Source of the DNA: Narcine bancroftii
Lineage: Eukaryota
Direction of reading: 5' to 3'
Assembly: GCF_036971445.1 (NCBI RefSeq)
Contig: NC_091470.1
Coordinates: 203,608,001 to 203,672,000 of the forward strand
DNA: 64,000 bases
The notes beneath the pieces were generated by a model, which saw only the letters and a list, made by a program, of their open reading frames with translations, had not been told where the DNA came from and did not search any database. Shown one piece after another: positions 22,667 through 35,135 of the stretch; the first letter of the stretch is position 1; each line of letters starts with the position of its first letter. Made by a program: the position numbers and the translations under genes.

Positions 22667-25403
22667 ATACGGACCGTAGACCTGAAGGAAAAGGTCATGG
22701 ATACGGTGGAAGACTTGCCTGCACCACTGCTGGGAAACCACTGGTCACGCAGGTGCCCATGGAGACATCGCAGAGGTCAGTGCCCTCACCTTGAGGAGTC
22801 AGGAGGTCCTGGAACCGCAGGCCCGTGATGGCAGTCCTGAAGGTCCGTGTCTCCTCATTGGACTTCCGGTCCTAGGCGAGCTGGTCGAAGTCGAGGCCGG
22901 GTGTCAGCGCGCAAATGGCCAGTCGTGAGAGTGCGTCGGTGACCACGTTGTCTTCCCCCGCCTGGTGCTGATTGTCGGTGGTGAACTCTGACTTGAAGGA
23001 GAGGTGACTCTGTTGGCGGGCCAACCAGGGATCTCTTGCCATAGCGAGCGCCTGAGTAAGGGGTTTGTGGTCGGTAAAAATGGTGTAAGGCCTTCCGTCC
23101 AAGAAATAGCTGAAAATACGCACCGCCAGGTACATGCCCAGCAACTCACGATCAAAAGTGCTATACTTGCACACTGGTGGGCGAAGAAGTCGGCTAAAGA
23201 ATGCCAGTGGTTTCCACTGTCTGTTCACCTGCTGCTCCAGGACGGCGCCAACGGCCATGGCAGAGGAATTGATGGAGATTGCCATATGCAGGTCAGTGTG
23301 TGGGTGGACAAGCAGGGTAGCCTTCGCAAGGCCATCTTTCATGGCTTCGAATGCCCTGCTGGCCTCTGGAGTCCAGGCAAGTCTCTTGCCTTTGGCCGCG
23401 ATGAGGGCGAAGAGCGGCTGCATGATGCGCACAGCACCTGGAATGAAGCAGTTATAGAAATTGACCATACCCGTGAACTCTTGTAGCCCCTTGAGGTTGT
23501 CTGATTGCAGCGACCTTCATAGCGGCAGTTGTGGCTCCTTCGGCCATGATGGTATGACCCAGGAACTGCATGGACTCTTTCCCAAACTGGCACTTGGCTG
23601 GATTGATCGTTAGGCCGAAGTCAGCTAGTCGGGAGAAGAGGGTGTGCAGGTGAGACTTGTGTTGTGTCCGGTTTCCACTGGTGACAAGGATGCCATCCAG
23701 GTAAATGAATACGAAATTCAAATCCCTGCCCACTGTGTCCATGAGGTGCTGGAAGGCCTGGTTCTTGAGCCTGAACGGCATGTGTCGGAACTCGAACAAG
23801 CCAAAGGGGGTGATCATGGCCATTTTGGGTATGTCCTCAGGGTGCACCGGGATTTGGTGATACCCGCTCACCAATCAACCTTGGAGAATACTCTCGAGCC
23901 ATGCAAGTTGGCGTAAAGTCCTGGATGTGAGGGATCGGGTAACGGTCAGGTACTGTCGTGTCATTAAGCCGGCGATAATCTCCCCAGGGCCGCCAGCCGC
24001 CGGAGGCTTTCGGAACCAGGTGGAGTGGTGAGGCCCAAGGACTGTCGGAGCATCGAATGATCCCCAGCTCCTGTAGATGCAAGAACCCTTCCTTCGCTAT
24101 CTGGAGCTTATCCTGCGGGAGCCGGTGGGCCTTGGATGGGGTTGTAATGAAACACACCATGACGTGGTGAGGTGGCGGAGAACTGTGGCTTGAGGAGGGA
24201 CGGGAACTCGTCCAGGATACGCAGAAATTCGTCCTTGGGCATGCTGACTGTGGCCATCTGTGTGTGCTCTGTGCGGGAAGCGTTGAGGCGAATGGATTGG
24301 AAGATATGGGCATCTACCAATCACCTACCTCGAATGTCGACCAGGAGTCTGTGGGCGAGGAAGAAGTTGACGCCCAGGATGGCGATTGGAAGGGACGAAA
24401 CAGTGAACCACCACGAGAACTTCCGCTGGCTGATCTGGAAGTGGACGGTCTTGTCTCCATATGTTTGGATCTCCATCGAATTAGCTGCACGGAGGGGAGG
24501 TCCTCGAGACCAGTTCCAGGACTCGAAGGTTGTGGCCAGGATGAAGCTGATCTGGACCCTGGTGTCGTTGAGGAAGCATCAGCCACTGACTTAATTCCAC
24601 AAGAAGAGAAGGGTGTGTTCTTGGCCAGCCGCTGCAGCCATTAACAGTGGCTGGCCTGCTCGTTACCCTGGATTGAGCAGGGCTGACGACACTTCCGAGC
24701 CTTGGCTCCCCAGCGCTGGTGGAAGAAGCAGAGGCCTGAAGTGGATGACTTGCTTCTGGCTATGCTCTTTGAGGCCCTGGCATGGGCCGGGTGTTCCACC
24801 GCAGCGCTAGAGGAAGGCTTGGCGTGGTCATGCCCGTGACTCATAACCTGCTGGACTCCTGAGCCCTCCAGGAATCATTTAAGCCATAGCTCCTGAGCCT
24901 TTTGAGCGACCTTCCTAGGGTCGACGAAGCTCTCCTGGGACAGTAACGGCCGGATGTCTTCAGGCAGATGGTCAAGGAAGATGCGCTCGAAGAGTGGGCA
25001 GTTGGTGTGATTGCCCATGAGCGTGAGCATCTCGTCCATCAACTCAATTGGAGTTCTGTACCCCAAGTCGTCGAAGCGCAGCATCTGAGCTGCACACTGG
25101 CACCTGGAGAGGCTGAGGGAGCCGGTGAGGACCCGCTTGATGGTCCCATACTTATCTTCCGCGGGTGGGTGCTGAACGAGGTGCAGCACTCGTTTAGTGG
25201 TGGCCTAATCCAGGGCAGCAACCACATGGTAAAACTTGGTCGAATCTGATTAAATCTGGCGGAGGTGAAACTGAGCCTCTGCATGGCTGAACCAGGTCTC
25301 CAGCTCCTGAACCCAGAAGTCAGGAAGTTTGATGGCTATACCGTTGATTGAAGGGTTGTTCATATTGGGTTCAAAGATGTTTGAACCTGTCGGGGTCACC
25401 AAT

Positions 25404-25698
25404 TGTAGTGGCAGCTACACTGCTGACTGAAGAATCGCACAACCAGATGAGTTGAGTTCAGTGAGCAAAAACTGATTTATTGCAGGTTGCCTGGCTGGTC
25501 TCATACTTCCAGCCCGGACCTGGCTGAGAACTGCACTAGGGGTCCCCGACTTTACCGGGGCATCACATGGGTCCCCCAAGCACGGGATTCTGAGCCCGGT
25601 GCCTAGGTCGGGAGGAAACCCCCACCCCCACCGATGGCGCCATCTTGGCCAGCTGCCCTGTCGTCTACATGACAAATGGGGCTGGTTCACCCGCCACA
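25404..25698 (-). repeat. Gypsy 5' LTR
   Basis: Direct repeat of 13824-14109, followed on the minus strand by PBS-Trp. Confidence 0.9.
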
Positions 25699-26147
25699 AA
25701 CCTGTGGATCTCTACCTTAAATACACCCAGTGACCCAGCCTTCATGACTGCCCGTGGCAACAAATGCCACAGATTTAAATTTACAATTTAAAAAAGACCA
25801 TGTGGTAACAGGCCCTTTCGACCCACAAGTCTGTGCACCCGATTAAACGACACTTCCTATATGTTTTGAACGTTGGGAGGAAACTGGAGCACTTGGGGAA
25901 ATCCCACACGGGGAGAACAAAGGAATGCTTTCTGGACAGCGTAGGATTTGAACCCTTGTCTTGATCGCTGGTGCTGTAACAACTTTACACTAACCATGGA
26001 TTTTTCCGCATGTCTGTTCTAAGTGGACGTCCTTCAATCCTGAAGTTGTGCCCTCATGTCCTCGACTCTCCCACCGAGGGAAACCACGTTTTACATCTAC
26101 ACTGGCCACTTTCAACATTTAAAATGTTTCTGAGATTTCCCCCCCCC

Positions 26148-26858
26148 CAGCCCTGTACCAGCCCCCACACTGATCCCACTGCCCCACTCTCTCCCCACAG
26201 CCCTGTACCAACCCCCACACTGATCCCACTGCCCCGCTCTCTCCCCACAGCCCTGTACCAGCCACCACACTGATCCCACTGCCCCGCTCTCTCCCTACAG
26301 CCCTGTACCAGCCCCCACACTGATCCCACTGCCCCGCTCTCTCCCCACAGCCCTGTACCAACCCCCACACTGATCCCACTGCCCCGCTCTCTCCCCACAG
26401 CCCTGTACCAGCCACCACACTGATCCCAATGCCCCGCTCTCTCCCCACAGCCCTGTACCAACCCACACACTGATCCCACTGCCCCGCTCTCTCCCCACAG
26501 CCCTGTACCAACCCACACACTGATCCCACTGCCCCGCTCTCTCCCCACAGCCCTGTACCAACCCCCACACTGATCCCACTGCCCCACTCTCTCCCCACAG
26601 CCCTGTACCAGCCACCACACTGATCCCACTGCCCCGCTCTCTCCCCACAGCCCTGTACCAACCCACACACTGATCCCACTGCCCCGCTCTCTCCCCACAG
26701 CCCTGTACCAACCCCCACACTGATCCCACTGCCCCGCTCTCTCCCCACAGCCCTGTACCAGCCCCCACAGCCCTGTACCAGCCCCCACACTGATCCCACT
26801 GATCCCACTCTCTCCCCACAGCCCTGTACCAGCCCCCATACTGATCCCACTGCCCCTG
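26148..26858. repeat. 50-bp minisatellite, about 14 copies, upstream of TMEM88
   Basis: Unit CCCTGTACCARCCCCCACACTGATCCCACTGCCCCGCTCTCTCCCCACAG. Confidence 0.95.
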
Positions 26859-27201
26859 ACTGTACTGATATCTCTCTAACTCTTTCAATTTGTGTGTGTA
26901 AGTCCCCCCTCCCCTGTCCTCTCCAATCTCCCCTCCCTTCCAACATCCCTTCCAACATCCCTCCCCTCCTCCCGGCTCCTCTGCCAGGATGAGGGGAGGG
27001 GGTTGTTATCTGAATTCCAGGACTGCCGCAACCCCTCCCTCCTCCCTTCCCCTCCTTCTGGTCCCTCCCTCCGGCCCCTCTGCCATGGGGGTTATCTGCC
27101 ACATCCCTCCCCCCGCCACTTCCCCTGCTGCCCCGGGAAGAGGAGGTGCCCCCCCTGCCCCACCACCACCTCCGCTCGCTGCCCCCCCAGCTGCCGGCCG
27201 C

Positions 27202-28707
27202 ATGTCGGACGGAGCTGCTCCACCGAGAGGTCCGGCCGCCGCGGGTGGGCTTTGGCCGCCCCCCTACACCCCCTCGGGCCGGAGCGGGGGGGACGGGCCG
27301 GAGCTGCGCTCGCCCTTGGACTGCTGGGCGTGTCCGGTGCTGGTGTCAGCCCAGAAACTGCCGGTGGCCGCCTTCAACCTGCTGCTGCTCGGCGCTACCC
27401 TCACCCCCATCCTCCTGCCCACCGGCATCATGGTGGGCTTCGGGCTGGCCTGTCACTCACAGGTGAGCCCCTTTCCCCCCTCCATCCATCTCTCCCTATC
27501 AGACCTCTCCCCCTTCATCCCTTCCCTCTCACCTTTCTCCCATCCTTCCCAATCACACTCCCTCCATCACTCTCCCTTCCTCCCCCTCTCTTACATCTTC
27601 CCTCCATCCTCCTGCCCCCCTGCATTATGGTGGGCTTCCGGCTGGCCTGTCACTCGCAAGTGAGCCCCTTCCCCCCTCCATCCATCCCTCTCTCTCAGAC
27701 CCCCTCCATCTCTCCCCTCTCCCATCCTTCCCACTCACACCCCTCCCTTCCTTCCTCCCCCTCTCACTTTCCCTCTATCCCTCCCACTCACACCCCTTCC
27801 CCCTCCTACACCCCTCTATCCCTCCTCCCTCACCCTCCCTTCCTTCCCCTCTCACACCTTCCCTCCATCCCTACCCTCCTCCCTACTCACACCCTCCCTT
27901 CCTTCCCCCTCTCTCACACCTTCCCTCCATCCCTCCCCTCCTCCCATCCTTCTCTCACCCCTCCCTTCTTCCCCCTCTCACACCTTCCCTCCTCCCATCC
28001 TTCCCACTCACACCCTCCCTCCCTGTCTCACACCTTCCCTCCATCCCTCTTCGCTCTCCCATCAAATACACACACTCCCTCCCTCCCTTCCCCTCACACC
28101 TTCCCTCCATCCCTTCCCCCTTCCAGCCTTCCCACTCCCCTCTCTTTCTTCCTCCCCTCTCACATCCTTCCCACTCACATTCCCTCCCTTCCTTCCTCCC
28201 CCTCCCTCACACCTTCCCTCCATCCTGTCCTCCACCCCTCCCTTGTCCCTCATCTGTAACTCTGTCATAACCTTGACATTTGTCTGCCGTAACAGTGCCC
28301 GAACTCCGCCATACTTCCGCCTGAATTCTTTTGTACCTTTGCTGTAACATTTAGCGTAACTCTTCCGTACATTTGCAGTAACTCTGCCATCATTGTCCTG
28401 CTCACTGCTTCCCTGACCACCCCCCAACCTCTCCCCACAGATCCTGGACTTGTCAGCTGGCCGGTGTAAGGAGACGCTGGGCGATGGCAGCTCGGCAGCA
28501 CTGGTGGCGGTGGGCTCAGTCCTGGCGGCGCCGCTGGCGGTCCTGGCCCTGGCGGCCTACTGCCACCTTGCCCGCCACCTCCATCTCAGCCTCTGCTTCG
28601 TCCCCTACAGCAAGGCTGTCTACCGGAACCTCCCGGCCAGCCACTACCAGAGTACGGGGGTATGCTACCTGCAGCCGAGAGAGACTGCTGGCAAGATCTG
28701 GGTGTAG
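27202..28707 (+). CDS. TMEM88: Transmembrane protein 88 (Wnt/Dishevelled inhibitor), 2 exons, about 175 aa
   Basis: Exon 27202-27462 (MSDG..GDGPELRSPLDCWAC.VLV.AQ.L.VAAFNLLLL..GFGLACHSQ) and exon 28441-28707 (..CFVPYSKAVYR..GKIWV*); phase-0 GT/AG intron; C-terminal PDZ-binding-type IWV. Confidence 0.92.
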
Positions 28708-30959
28708 CCGGCAGCTGGGGCGTGGGGCTGGAGAGGTGGGTTTATCCTAGGTGCCAGTGCTTCTGAGGTGGTGAGATGTCCCCTCCGTTTCTGTGGTTGG
28801 GAAGCGAAAGGGGGTCATATCCACATCCCCTCCCACTCCACGTCTGTATGGGTTCCGAGCATTGGTGCCTCCGTCCTTAGTCAACAAGACCACCTGTAAA
28901 TTGGAAAAGCAACTCTTGAATCTCCGTCCTGACCCTCTCCAGCCGGACGGCATTAACAGTGACTTCTCTGGTGTCTCCCGGTCCATCCCTTCCCCATCTC
29001 CTTCCTTCCAGCTCTCCACCCCTTCCCCCCTCCATTCAGAGCCTTGTCTCCTTCCCCCTCCATTCAGAGCCTTGTCTCCTTCCCCCTCCATTCAGAGCCT
29101 TGTCTCCTTCCCCCTCCATTTAGAGCCTTGCCCTCTTCCCACTTGCTGCTCCCTCCCTTATCCACCTTCCTGTGGGACTGCGCTCCTCCCACCCCATTTT
29201 GTTCAGCCGACTGCTGACACCTTGAAGGGCTGGTTGGTTCAGTATCTTTATCTTGGCTACATAAAGGACACTGTTTGACCTGCTGAGTTTCTCCAGCATC
29301 ATGTTTTTATTTAATCGCAGTGTCTGCAGATTTTTCCATTTTACCAGCAGGTCTTGGGACATGGGTCAGGAGCAGGGACTTAATTTGGGGCATGTGGTCA
29401 GAACAGACATTGTGGGCCGAAGGTCCTCGAGCAGATGTCTGACCCTCCTCCCCCCCCCCCCCCAACAAAGGATGACGATCTCTCCACTGTTGGGGTTGGC
29501 CTGGCCAGACCACCCCACCACTAGGAGCCCGCAGCATGGATATGGACCTGTCCATTGGAAGCTCCCTCCGCATCATCCCATTGAATGTTCCCAGGGTCAG
29601 ACAATATGAAGTCGTTTCCACCCCCACCCCCACCCCCCCAGCCCTTTATATCTGCCTGGACCCATCACGTGCTCCCCCCCCATCCATGCTGCCCCCATCC
29701 CACCCGGTCGGGTCTTCCCTCGCGATATCGAGGCCGCATCCAACCGTCTCCGCACCCAAGGCCCTTTCGTCGATACACACACAGACGAAATAAACCGCTT
29801 AAAAGTGGAACATCACGTGTGACGGACCTTCTGTGCTGCAGCAGAGAGCTCCTTTTCATGGCTGGGAAGACGCCATTTCCTCTCACACTGCATTCTGGGA
29901 AGGACACTTGCCGATGGTCAAATAGAACTGGTTTAAAATGATAATAGAGAGAATCCTTTCCCTGGAGATGGGCAGCTCGGGTTAGGGGGTCATTGTGCAT
30001 GGATATTGGATTCAAGATTCTTGTAATAGATGTAATATCACACAAACTTATCCTAATGCAGACAGAGTTGGCACGAGCCTTGTCCAGCGCCCCTAAGAGG
30101 AGAAAGAGAAGCAAGAGAGTCCCTTCAGAGTTACTAAGTGTCCGTGGATTCACCTCCAGCGCTCCAACAGGGTCCATCGGCCGCCTCAGCTCCAGATCCG
30201 AACCTCTGGCACTACTGGGAAGCCTTCAGCATCCCCAGCACCCTCTCGCCCCCCTCCCCCCGGTTCCAATACCTGGTACCCCCCTCAGCCAGTCTTGAGC
30301 AGTCCACGTGTGTGTGGGTCCCTTGACCACGGTCATCTGCAGCCCACATGGGTTCCTCGCCTCGAATCACCAAATGGCTCACCGCCTGCGTGGCCTTCAG
30401 CCGTAGGCCTCCCCCCTTCGCTGGTCTGCCGCTGTGGTCACCGTCCTGTGGGTTGTCTCCTTCTCAAACAGGGGAGATGGTCACTGTGTTTTCTGGTGCC
30501 ATGCGCTGGTCCGCTGCTTCCCTTAGGGGCCACTGCTGATCATGGGTGTGGCCATCTTGGTTGCAGATCCCGCAGTTGCAGGATTTTAAATAAAACATCA
30601 CCGGTTCCTTGAACAGGCTGTTTGAAACCTGTATGGAGCTATCAGTAGTAGGACTGGGTCCTCGTCTCCGCTCCCTGGTATTCCCAGGTCCGTACCAGCA
30701 ATTACAGAAGCTCCACCATTTTTTAAAATTTAAATGTGTTAAATTTATTTTGATTGCGACCTTCTTCACAATGTCTTGGAGCGGAACAGTGTGTCTGTAA
30801 GTACAGAGTGTGTACGTTCTCCCCGTGTCTGCATGGGTTTTCCCCGGGGGCTCCGGTTTCCTCTCATCCTTCAAAAATCCACAGGTTAATGGGGCATAAA
30901 TGGTCCGTAACGCCCGTTACCGTGCTGTATGATTAATTAAAATTTAACCATGTCCTGGG

Positions 30960-31125
30960 AATGCATAATGGGACAGTGCGGAGGGAGCTTCACTCTGGCC
31001 CTGACCCCAGGAGTATGTGACGGGATGATGCGGAGGGAGCTTCACTCTGGGTCTGACCCCAGGAGTGTATGACGGGACAGTGCAGAGGGAGTTTCACTTT
31101 GGGTCTGACCCTGGGAGTGTGTGAG
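30960..31125. repeat. Short tandem array of GGGACAGTGCGGAGGGAGCTTCACTCTGG units
   Basis: Three units of about 53 bp; related degenerate array at about 52595-52985 in reverse orientation. Confidence 0.7.
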
Positions 31126-31399
31126 ATTATAAGCTCAGTTTCAGAGGAGAAATTAATTCCCCCCCAAAAAAAGAATGATTTTATTGTGAGGATTGTGAAG
31201 GTTCAGCCCCAGGGAAGAGAAATTGTAGATACAGCATTTTCCCCAAAATTCTGTGCAATTCATGGGCTGGTGCACAGAGCATAGGGTCAGAGGTATCATG
31301 TTACCACTGTCCCAGACTTGGGTGAACCCAGCTATCAGAGAGATACCACAGAACTGGGAAAGATTCTCAGGAATGTGACTAGAACTGACTGGCTTAAAT

Positions 31400-31775
31400 T
31401 CCACTGAACAACAAATTTTTTTCAAAATTCCTAAAAAAAAAATTGGGGATTACTATAGACAACTTAAAGCTGAACACAAAGATAATTTCAGTTTGGGCTT
31501 ATCAGTTGGAGAAAAATTACACTAACTTTTATTAAATTTGGCATGTTTAATCGCATAATAATGCTGACACATTGAGTTTGTTCGACTGACCTAAAAATGT
31601 TTTGTCGCTGATTTTCATATGTGCTCAGCCCCTCGTGTCAGAAACCAACAATAGTTGGCCAAACTTTGATGGATTCCAGTCACCCTGATACCACTTTTCC
31701 ATGGAGGCAAAGTCCCAGTGAAACCTCTCACCATGTTCATCACTGACTGCACCAAGATCAGCGGGGAAGTCCAAC
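31400..31775 (-). mobile_element. DNA transposon remnant (Chapaev3/CMC-like transposase C-terminus)
   Basis: [30 protein letters not shown] motif; second copy on + at 41245-41650. Superfamily assigned from recall of the motif. Confidence 0.55.
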
Positions 31776-33150
31776 AAGCGGCATGGTCGGAGCAACAGTG
31801 TAATGACACCAGCGATCACAACCGGGGTTCGAATCCGGCACTGCCTGTGAGGAGTTTGTACGTTCTCCCAGTGTCTGCGTGGGGTTTCCCCGGGTGGGGC
31901 TCCTATGGTTCAAAACATACCGGGGGGGGGGTTGTAGGTTAATTGGGTGTGATTGGACGGCATGGGCTCGTGGGCCGCAAGGCCCTGTTACCATGTTGTA
32001 TGTCAGTGCAAAAGCAGAAAATGAATTTTCAATAACTTTGCAGTTCATAGTTTGGTAGACTTAAAATATGACAGGAAATCACAAAAATATCTTAAAGATG
32101 GTGCGTGATGGGAAAAATTTAAAGTGATTTTTCGTAATCCGCAGTACAAAAATCGATAAAGTACACAGAAACCTGATGGGGGGCATTTACAGAGATTTAT
32201 AAAACTTGCGGGAAAGAGGCAAGATTAGTCATTAATGTACCTTTAAATGGTACATTAATGGTAGGGCTGCTGCTGGTGCGGACCTGGGAAAGCAGGGAGC
32301 AGAGACAGAGAGCTGCTCGAAAGGGTTCAGTCACCCGGATTGAATGCCAGCGGCTCTGTTTGGGATTTAAACTGCTTGTTAAAGGAGAGGGGTGTTTGTA
32401 AGTAAAATCCCACGACCTCGGGTCATGGTCCCAAGATGGCAGCGCCTGTGCTCAGCAGCGAAATCAAGGGGTTGCAGATTCTGGGGAGTAGCAGACAGGT
32501 GCAGGGCACTAGCAATGGGGAGAACCACCCCCTCCCCCCCCCTCCACGTTGAGGAGAAGCCAAGGAGACAATCCTACAGGACGGTGACCACGGAGGCGGA
32601 CCAGCGAAGGGCTCAGCGGTTGGAGGATCCACACAGGCTGCGGGTGATTTGTGTCCGGGGGACCCACACAGGCTGCGGGTGACTTGTGGTCGGTGGATCC
32701 ACACAGGCTGCGGGCTGCTGCAGACTGGCTCATGGGAACCAGAAACCAGAACCAGGATTCAAGGGGGTGCTGAGGACAAGGGGTCCCAAAGGTCCTCGGG
32801 AGCTGAAGGCTTCCTGATCATGTTGGAGGTTTGGATCTGGAACTTGGGTTGCCAATTAATCGAACAGGAGTCTGCGTGCCCGCAGAAACTCTGGAGGCAA
32901 ATCCACAGGCACTCAGTGACAATGAAGGGACTTTCTTTTGCTTAACTTTCTCCTATTGTTCAGGTGGCCGGGCAATGCTCATGGTAATGCATCACCTAAC
33001 AGCAGGTATAGAGGGATATGGGCAGCTGAGACTAGTGTGGGTTGGACAATCGGATGGATCCATGGATAGGAGGGGTTTAGAGAGACATGGGTGGTGGGAC
33101 CAGTGTGGGTGAAATATTCGTATCAACCCATGCATAGGATGGGTTTAGAC

Positions 33151-33521
33151 CAGTGGTTCTCAATCTTTCTCTTTCCTCTCACATCCCTCTTTAATTATTC
33201 CCTGTGCCATCAGTGCTCTGAGATTAGTAAGGGATTGCTTAAGGTGGGATCTGGGTGGAAAGAAAAAGTTTGAAGACCACTGTTATAATCGTCCCTCATT
33301 GACTCGTTATGTGTATGGTTTCAGAACTCCAAAGGAAATTGACCAATGACAATTTTTCTCAAGCAAATTATTTCAGTAACAATTGGGTCTCGAGCAGTGA
33401 TTCTCGACCTTCCCTTCCCACTCACATCCCACCTAAAGCAATCCCTCACTAATCTCAGAGCCCCGATGGCCTAGGGATTAAAGTGGGATGTGAGTGGAAA
33501 GAAAAAGTTTGAAAATCACTG
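33151..33521. mobile_element. Non-autonomous hAT MITE with 8-bp TSD
   Basis: CAGTGGTTCTCAA..TTGAAAATCACTG ends; TSD GTTTAGAC at 33143-33150 and 33522-33529. Confidence 0.85.
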
Positions 33522-35135
33522 GTTTAGACAGACATGGGTGGGACTCGTGTGGGTAGAACAATCGGACAGAGCCATGGATGGGACGTGTTTTGGGGAACGT
33601 GGGCAGATGGGTGGGACATTGGGACAGATCCATGGATAGGATGGGTTTTAGAGGACATGGGTAGGTGGGACCAGTGTGGCTGAGATAGTTGGTCGGTGAG
33701 GGCAGGTTCGGCCGCAAAGCTTGTTTCCAGGATAGTCGCCTTCCTGTTTGAGGTCTGGTGCAGGTGGACGTGAATCACAGATCTGGCAAAAGGCAGGTCA
33801 CTGCAACACCAAACACGTCATGGCTAGTGTAACACTGTTACAGCACCAGCACCCCGGGTTCAAATGCGGTGCTGTCTGCAAGGCGTTTGTACATTACCAC
33901 CGTGTCTGCGTGGGTTTCCTCCGGGGGCTCGTTTCCTTCCATTGTTCGAAAACATACCGGGGGCTGTAGATTAATGGGGTGTAAAGAGGGCTACACAGAC
34001 TCATGGGCCTTTTACTGTGCTGTATGTCTAAATTTTTCTAAACTCCAGCAAGTGCAGTCCTAGAGCCTTCAAACTTTTCACCCAATAACCCTTTCACTCT
34101 GGAGATCATTCTTGTGAACTTGCTCTGAACCCTCTCCAGTCCCAACACATCCTTCCTGAGATATGGGTCCCAGAACTGCCCCCAAAACTTCAACTGCAGT
34201 CTGATCAATCCCTCCCACGTCTCAGAGACATACAGGGCAATAGATTAATGGGTTCCACGGGTGTATTTGTGCGGCATGGGCTTGTGGGCGATAAACTGGC
34301 AACTCTAACAGGTACCACCAGGGTTGAGTTTATTCTGTCCTCTGTACACAACGTTTCATTGTACCTTTTATTTTAACAGGTGGGCAAAAGGAAACCATTT
34401 CAATGGATGGTCCTTGAACCAGAAGGATAATTCTGGGAAAAGGTGATTTGTCCTGTCTTGCCACGCAGAGAAGCGGGTGATACCCCAACCTCAAGCCCCT
34501 CCTCCCCGCAGCGGGAGGAGGGAGCTGTTTGGGTTTCCCACAGTTTTACGAGGAAAATGAAGCAAAATTCCAGGCCTGTGAGGCAAAAATATATTTCAAA
34601 ACGATCTGGAGGTTAGGTTTCATCTGTGGAAGAGGAGAAGGTTTTAGGGCAAAGGCCTTTCCCCTCCCTCTCTCCCTCCCCTCCTCTTCTCCAGTCTCAC
34701 TTACACTCTCATTCCCTCTTTCAAACTAACCCCTCTCTCTCCATCTCTCTATGTACCCTCTCTCATCCCCTCCATTCTCTCTATCACTCCCACCACCATT
34801 TCCCTCCACTTCTACCTCTCCCTCCCCTCTCCATATTCTGCATATAATCCACTATGTGCCCAGCACAAACCTTGCTCCTCTCTCCAGTGACCAGCCCACA
34901 CTCTTCCACAGTGGATTTGTATATTCTGAGTGCTTCCCTCCCCCACCTCTATCTCTGTCTATGCACCTTCCCTCTCCCTCTCACCCCCCCCAATTCCCCA
35001 ACCACCATCTTGTACCCCTGTCTACCAACCCTCTCCCCCCCCCACCCCCCAGGGAGATGACAAGAGCCATACCGGAGCAGAGGGTGAGGATCCGGTTCCC
35101 CCTCTGGGCCAGGTTCCCTCAAGGCCGGGTGGCCC

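Larger units (their letters stand above)
13824..25698 (-). mobile_element. Full-length but degenerate Gypsy LTR retrotransposon (CsRn1-like clade), interrupted by an ERV
   Basis: LTRs 13824-14109 and 25404-25698 (TG..CA ends); TSD AACC at 13820-13823 and 25699-25702; PBS TGGTGACCCCGAC (tRNA-Trp) 25389-25401; PPT next to 14110. Gag from ATG 25363 (IKLPDFW..WFSHAEAQF; CHCC motif CFFHQRWGAKARKCRQPC); RT ([20 protein letters not shown]); RNase H (DRELLG, FTDHKPL); integrase (TSDRGAQFTS, PYEGPYKV). Many stops and frameshifts. Confidence 0.93.

Noticed and set aside
26989-27201. N-terminal extension of TMEM88 from upstream in-frame ATGs
   Set aside because: Homology begins after ATG 27202; the upstream part is low-complexity GC-rich sequence without support.
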